Assembly (NCBI GenBank): GCA_963845185.1
Contig: CAWJRG010000001.1
Span: 96,001-160,000, forward strand
Reading direction: 5' to 3'
DNA length: 64,000 nt
Origin: an uncultured bacterium
GTDB lineage: Bacteria > Oederibacteriota > PGYV01 > CAWJRG01
Positions 60,758-64,000 of this stretch are shown here, one piece after another (positions within the stretch are counted from its first letter, which is position 1; each line of letters begins with the position of its first letter). The notes under the pieces are model-generated. The model made no database searches. It saw nothing but the letters and a program-made list of their open reading frames with translations, and had not been told where the DNA came from. A program made the position numbers and the translations under genes.

Positions 60758-63700
60758 TTAATAATTTTGGAACTGATGCAAACCCTTTAACACAACGGCT
60801 ATCTTGACTATTTTCCTCTCATACCCTCCCGTATCATTTTTAGCCTCCACTACGCAGATATATAAACCGCTGCTTGCAGTCTGACCTCCCACCGTTTTTA
60901 AATCCCACGCTGTTTTTGTGTCGGAAGGATCTGCTTCAAGCGTCCTGATAAGTTCTCCCGCAACATTGTATATCCTGATTTTTACTGTGCCCTGCCACAC
61001 ATTCGACCATGTTATCATTAATTGCAGGTTGTTTATTGAAATTCCGCTTGCTATGTACGGGTTCGGGATAACTCTTATCTCACCAAGCATGTTGCCGTTC
61101 CCTTCGTTCAATACGGTGATTGTTTTTTCGTCAACCTCCGTATAGCCGTTTGCCTCTTTCACCACAAGCTGCACAATGTACGTGCCGTTGTCGACTATCC
61201 TGCCCTGGCTGTTTGTTCCGTTCCAGTTTATTGTATTCCCCGCGCCGTAGCCTATGGCCACATTATTGCTGCCGCCGTCGCTTAATACAACGGTACTGGG
61301 TACCGACAATTGTGCGCTAAAATTGACGTTTACATCCTTTTGCAGCCTTTGCACAAGCTCGCCAGCACTGTTGTAAATATTTATCTGCACATACTGCTCC
61401 GTGCTTAAAACCTGTATGCTCTTGGTAATTGTGGTTGCCCGCCCCTGTGAGTCTGTTACTGTCACCCTTACGTAATACGAGCCGTTTGCCACTGTCTGGC
61501 CGTCGTTGCTCGTGCCGTCCCATTCAAATTCGGTTTTGCTGTTAACCGGGCTGCCCATTACCTGTTCTCCCGGTATGTCTATCTTCAGCGGCGCTTCTCT
61601 CGGGTCAAAAACAGTCGCGCCCGAGCCTGCCGGTGTGACAAGCAAAACATCGCTTAGGACATTTGATACCGTTGTTTCCGAGATTGTTTTTACCAGTTCT
61701 CCCGCCTCGTTATATACCGATATTTTCATTACGTAAGGATAAAGCACTGTCGTAGGCGTTATGGTTGCTGTCGGCGTAATTGTCGGGCTATCAGTGCTTG
61801 TCGGGGTTTGCGTGTACGTGTCTGTTTTTGTGTCTGTCCATGTAATCGTCGGCGTCGGTGTGTGTGTGAATGTATGCGTGTCTGTAGGCGTCCAAGTATA
61901 TGTTTCCGTCCGCGTATATGTGGGCGTGAACGAAGAAGTACGCGTGTTTGTCGGGGTATCCGTAAGCGTGTCCGACGGCGTATTTGTCGGTGTATTTGTC
62001 GGCGTGCTTGTTGGAGACGTAGTCTCTGTCGGTGTCCATGTCGGCGTAAATGTCGGTGTATCTGTAGCTGTCGGTGACCACGTCGGCGTGCTTGTCGGCG
62101 TATCTGTTGGTGTCCATGTTGGTGTATCTGTGCTTGTCGGCGTATCTGTCGATGTATCTGTCGGTGTATTTGTCGGTGTCCACGTTGGCGTATTTGTCGG
62201 TGTATCCGGTGATGTTGATGTAGGTGTTACCGTATATGTCTGTGTTGCCGTTGGTGTCCATGTTGGCGTACCTGTAGGTGTACCTGTCGGTGTACTCGTT
62301 GGTGAATCTGTCGGAGTATCAGTCGGTGTCCATGTCGGTGTATCTGTTGGAGAATCTGTAGGTGTTCCTGTCGGCGTGCTTGTCGGTGTATCTGTTGGTG
62401 AATCTGTCGGCGTATCTGTTAATGTACTTGTTGGCGTCCAGGTTGGTGTATCTGTCGGCGTACCTGTTGGCGTATTCGTCGGCGTATCTGTCGGTGTGCT
62501 TGTCGGTGTATCAGTTGGTGTGTCTGTCGGTGAATCTGTCGGTGTCCCTGTCGGCGTATCTGTCGGTGTAATTGTCGGCGTATCTGTCGGTGTGCTTGTC
62601 GGCGTGTTCGTCGGCGTCCACGTCGGCGTATCTGTTGGTGTGTATGTTGGCGTGCTGGTCGGAGAATCTGTCGGCGTACCTGTCGGCGTGCTCGTAGGCG
62701 TATCTGTTGGCGTATCTGTTGGTGTACTTGTCGGGGTATCTGTTGGTGTATCTGTCGGCGTATCTGTTAATGTACTTGTTGGCGTCCAGGTTGGTGTATC
62801 TGTCGGCGTACCTGTCGGCGTACTCGTAGGCGTATCTGTTGGCGTATTCGTCGGTGTACTCGTTGGTGTATCTGTTGGTGTATTCGTTGGCGTGCTTGTC
62901 GGCGTATCTGTCGGCGTGCTTGTCGGCGTATTTGTTGGCGTACCTGTCGGCGTGCTTGTCGGCGTATTTGTTGGCGTATCTGTCGGCGTGCTTGTCGGTG
63001 TATCTGTTGGCGTATCTGTCGGTGTATCTGTTGGCGTGCTAGTTGGCGTATCTGTTGGCGTCCATGTCGGTGTATTTGTCGGTGTATTTGTTGGCGTATT
63101 CGTCGGCGTATCTGTCGGTGTCCCTGTTGGCGTATCCGTTGGTGTATCTGTCGGCGTATTCGTCGGTGTGTCTGTTGGCGTATTTGTTGGCGTCCATGTT
63201 GGCGTATTCGTCGGTGTATTTGTCGGTGTATTCGTCGGCGTCCATGTCGGTGTACCTGTTGGCGTCCATGTTGGTGTGTCCGTCGGCGTCCATGTTGGGG
63301 TGTCCGTCGGCGTCCATGTTGGTGTGTCTGTTGGCGTCCATGTTGGTGTGTCTGTTGGCGTCCATGTTGGCGTATCTGTTGGCGTGCCTGTTGGTGTCCA
63401 TGTCGGTGTATTTGTAGGTGTCCATGTTGGTGTGTCCGTCGGCGTATTCGTCGGCGTCCATGTTGGCGTATCCGTCGGCGTATTCGTCGGTGTATTTGTA
63501 GGCGTCCAGGTTGGCGTATTCGTCGGTGTATCTGTCGGTGTATTCGTCGGCGTCCATGTCGGTGTACCTGTTGGCGTCCATGTCGGTGTATTCGTAGGCG
63601 TCCATGTTGGCGTATCTGTTGGCGTCCATGTTGGCGTCCATGTTGGTGTATTCGTTGGTGTATTCGTTGGCGTACTTGTTGGTGTCCATGTCGGCGTATT

Positions 63701-64000
63701 TGTCGGTGTGCCTGTCGGTGTCCATGTCGGTGTATTTGTCGGTGTCCATGTCGGTGTATTTGTCGGTGTCCATGTCGGGGTGTTCGTCGGTGTCCATGTC
63801 GGTGTATTTGTCGGCGTACTTGTCGGCGTATTTGTCGGTGTATTTGTCGGTGTCCATGTTGGCGTATCCGTCGGCGTCCATGTCGGTGTATTCGTCGGCG
63901 TCCACGTTGGTGTATTCGTCGGTGTCCATGTTGGCGTATTTGTCGACGTCCATGTTGGTGTATTTGTCGGTGTATTTGTCGGTGTCCATGTTGGCGTATT
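60758..64000 (-). CDS. Giant secreted protein D (5' end beyond window): TPT(W/N/D/G/S) stalk plus the same triple Ig C-terminus as protein C
   Basis: The Thr-Pro frame upstream of 61747 is in phase at the points checked (62263, 63991); last about 330 aa closely paralogous to the protein C C-terminus. Confidence 0.85.
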   Translation of the reverse strand, partial: NTPTWTPTNTPTNTPTWTSTNTPTWTPTNTPTWTPTNTPTWTPTDTPTWTPTNTPTNTPTSTPTNTPTWTPTNTPTWTPTNTPTWTPTNTPTWTPTGTPTNTPTWTPTSTPTNTPTNTPTWTPTWTPTDTPTWTPTNTPTWTPTGTPTWTPTNTPTDTPTNTPTWTPTNTPTNTPTDTPTWTPTNTPTDTPTWTPTNTPTWTPTGTPTDTPTWTPTDTPTWTPTDTPTWTPTDTPTWTPTDTPTWTPTGTPTWTPTNTPTNTPTNTPTWTPTNTPTDTPTNTPTDTPTDTPTGTPTDTPTNTPTNTPTNTPTWTPTDTPTSTPTDTPTDTPTDTPTSTPTDTPTNTPTSTPTGTPTNTPTSTPTDTPTSTPTNTPTDTPTSTPTNTPTDTPTSTPTGTPTDTPTWTPTSTLTDTPTDTPTDTPTSTPTDTPTDTPTSTPTGTPTDSPTSTPTYTPTDTPTWTPTNTPTSTPTDTPTITPTDTPTGTPTDSPTDTPTDTPTSTPTDTPTNTPTGTPTDTPTWTPTSTLTDTPTDSPTDTPTSTPTGTPTDSPTDTPTWTPTDTPTDSPTSTPTGTPTGTPTWTPTATQTYTVTPTSTSPDTPTNTPTWTPTNTPTDTSTDTPTSTDTPTWTPTDTPTSTPTWSPTATDTPTFTPTWTPTETTSPTSTPTNTPTNTPSDTLTDTPTNTRTSSFTPTYTRTETYTWTPTDTHTFTHTPTPTITWTDTKTDTYTQTPTSTDSPTITPTATITPTTVLYPYVMKISVYNEAGELVKTISETTVSNVLSDVLLVTPAGSGATVFDPREAPLKIDIPGEQVMGSPVNSKTEFEWDGTSNDGQTVANGSYYVRVTVTDSQGRATTITKSIQVLSTEQYVQINIYNSAGELVQRLQKDVNVNFSAQLSVPSTVVLSDGGSNNVAIGYGAGNTINWNGTNSQGRIVDNGTYIVQLVVKEANGYTEVDEKTITVLNEGNGNMLGEIRVIPNPYIASGISINNLQLMITWSNVWQGTVKIRIYNVAGELIRTLEADPSDTKTAWDLKTVGGQTASSGLYICVVEAKNDTGGYERKIVKIAVVLKGLHQFQNY

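Noticed and set aside
52353..63989. Minus-strand MDADxY-repeat ORFs (also 30193..31422)
   Set aside because: Alternate frames of the TPTW repeats, in which ACA TGG creates ATG
28865..64000. Prophage, IS or integrative element
   Set aside because: No integrase, transposase or phage genes seen; the giant-gene blocks are interleaved with core genes

Overview
Bacterial chromosomal window, mostly on the minus strand and probably from a diderm uncultured lineage. The Thr/Pro-rich giant proteins with FlgD/T9SS-like C-termini resemble those I associate with Candidatus Goldbacteria-like genomes; this is inference, not verified. 1-16.6 kb is a housekeeping run (hisC-aroF-tyrA-aroA-plsC-ispH-rpsA-rex-thrS-radA-yacL-ispD-ispF-cysS-rlmB) ending in tRNA-Tyr, 163-bp tRNA-linked repeats, tRNA-Val and a partial tRNA. 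16.7-22.9 kb is an accessory envelope cluster: a secreted YidD-like protein, TPR proteins, a LolA-like protein, lipoproteins, two domain-shuffled paralogs in inverted orientation, and rpmB. 23-28.7 kb holds rel, a DUF374 protein, a LysM lipoprotein and a disrupted crtI/crtN-like gene. 28.9-45 kb is a tandem duplicated two-gene module: a giant secreted protein (14-repeat predicted beta-propeller head, TPT linkers, swapped central domain, T9SS-like CTD) followed by a PorV-like beta-barrel. 45-49.9 kb holds an MFS transporter, an FAD oxidoreductase, rplS-trmD-khpA-rpsP and tRNA-Thr/tRNA-Phe. 49.9-64 kb holds two more giant Thr-alternating proteins with a different, triple Ig-like C-terminus; one has about 19 copies of a 252-bp repeat with higher-order structure. 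The best candidate for an undescribed system is this T9SS-like cargo/shuttle adhesin array. Several single-base frameshifts look like sequencing errors.
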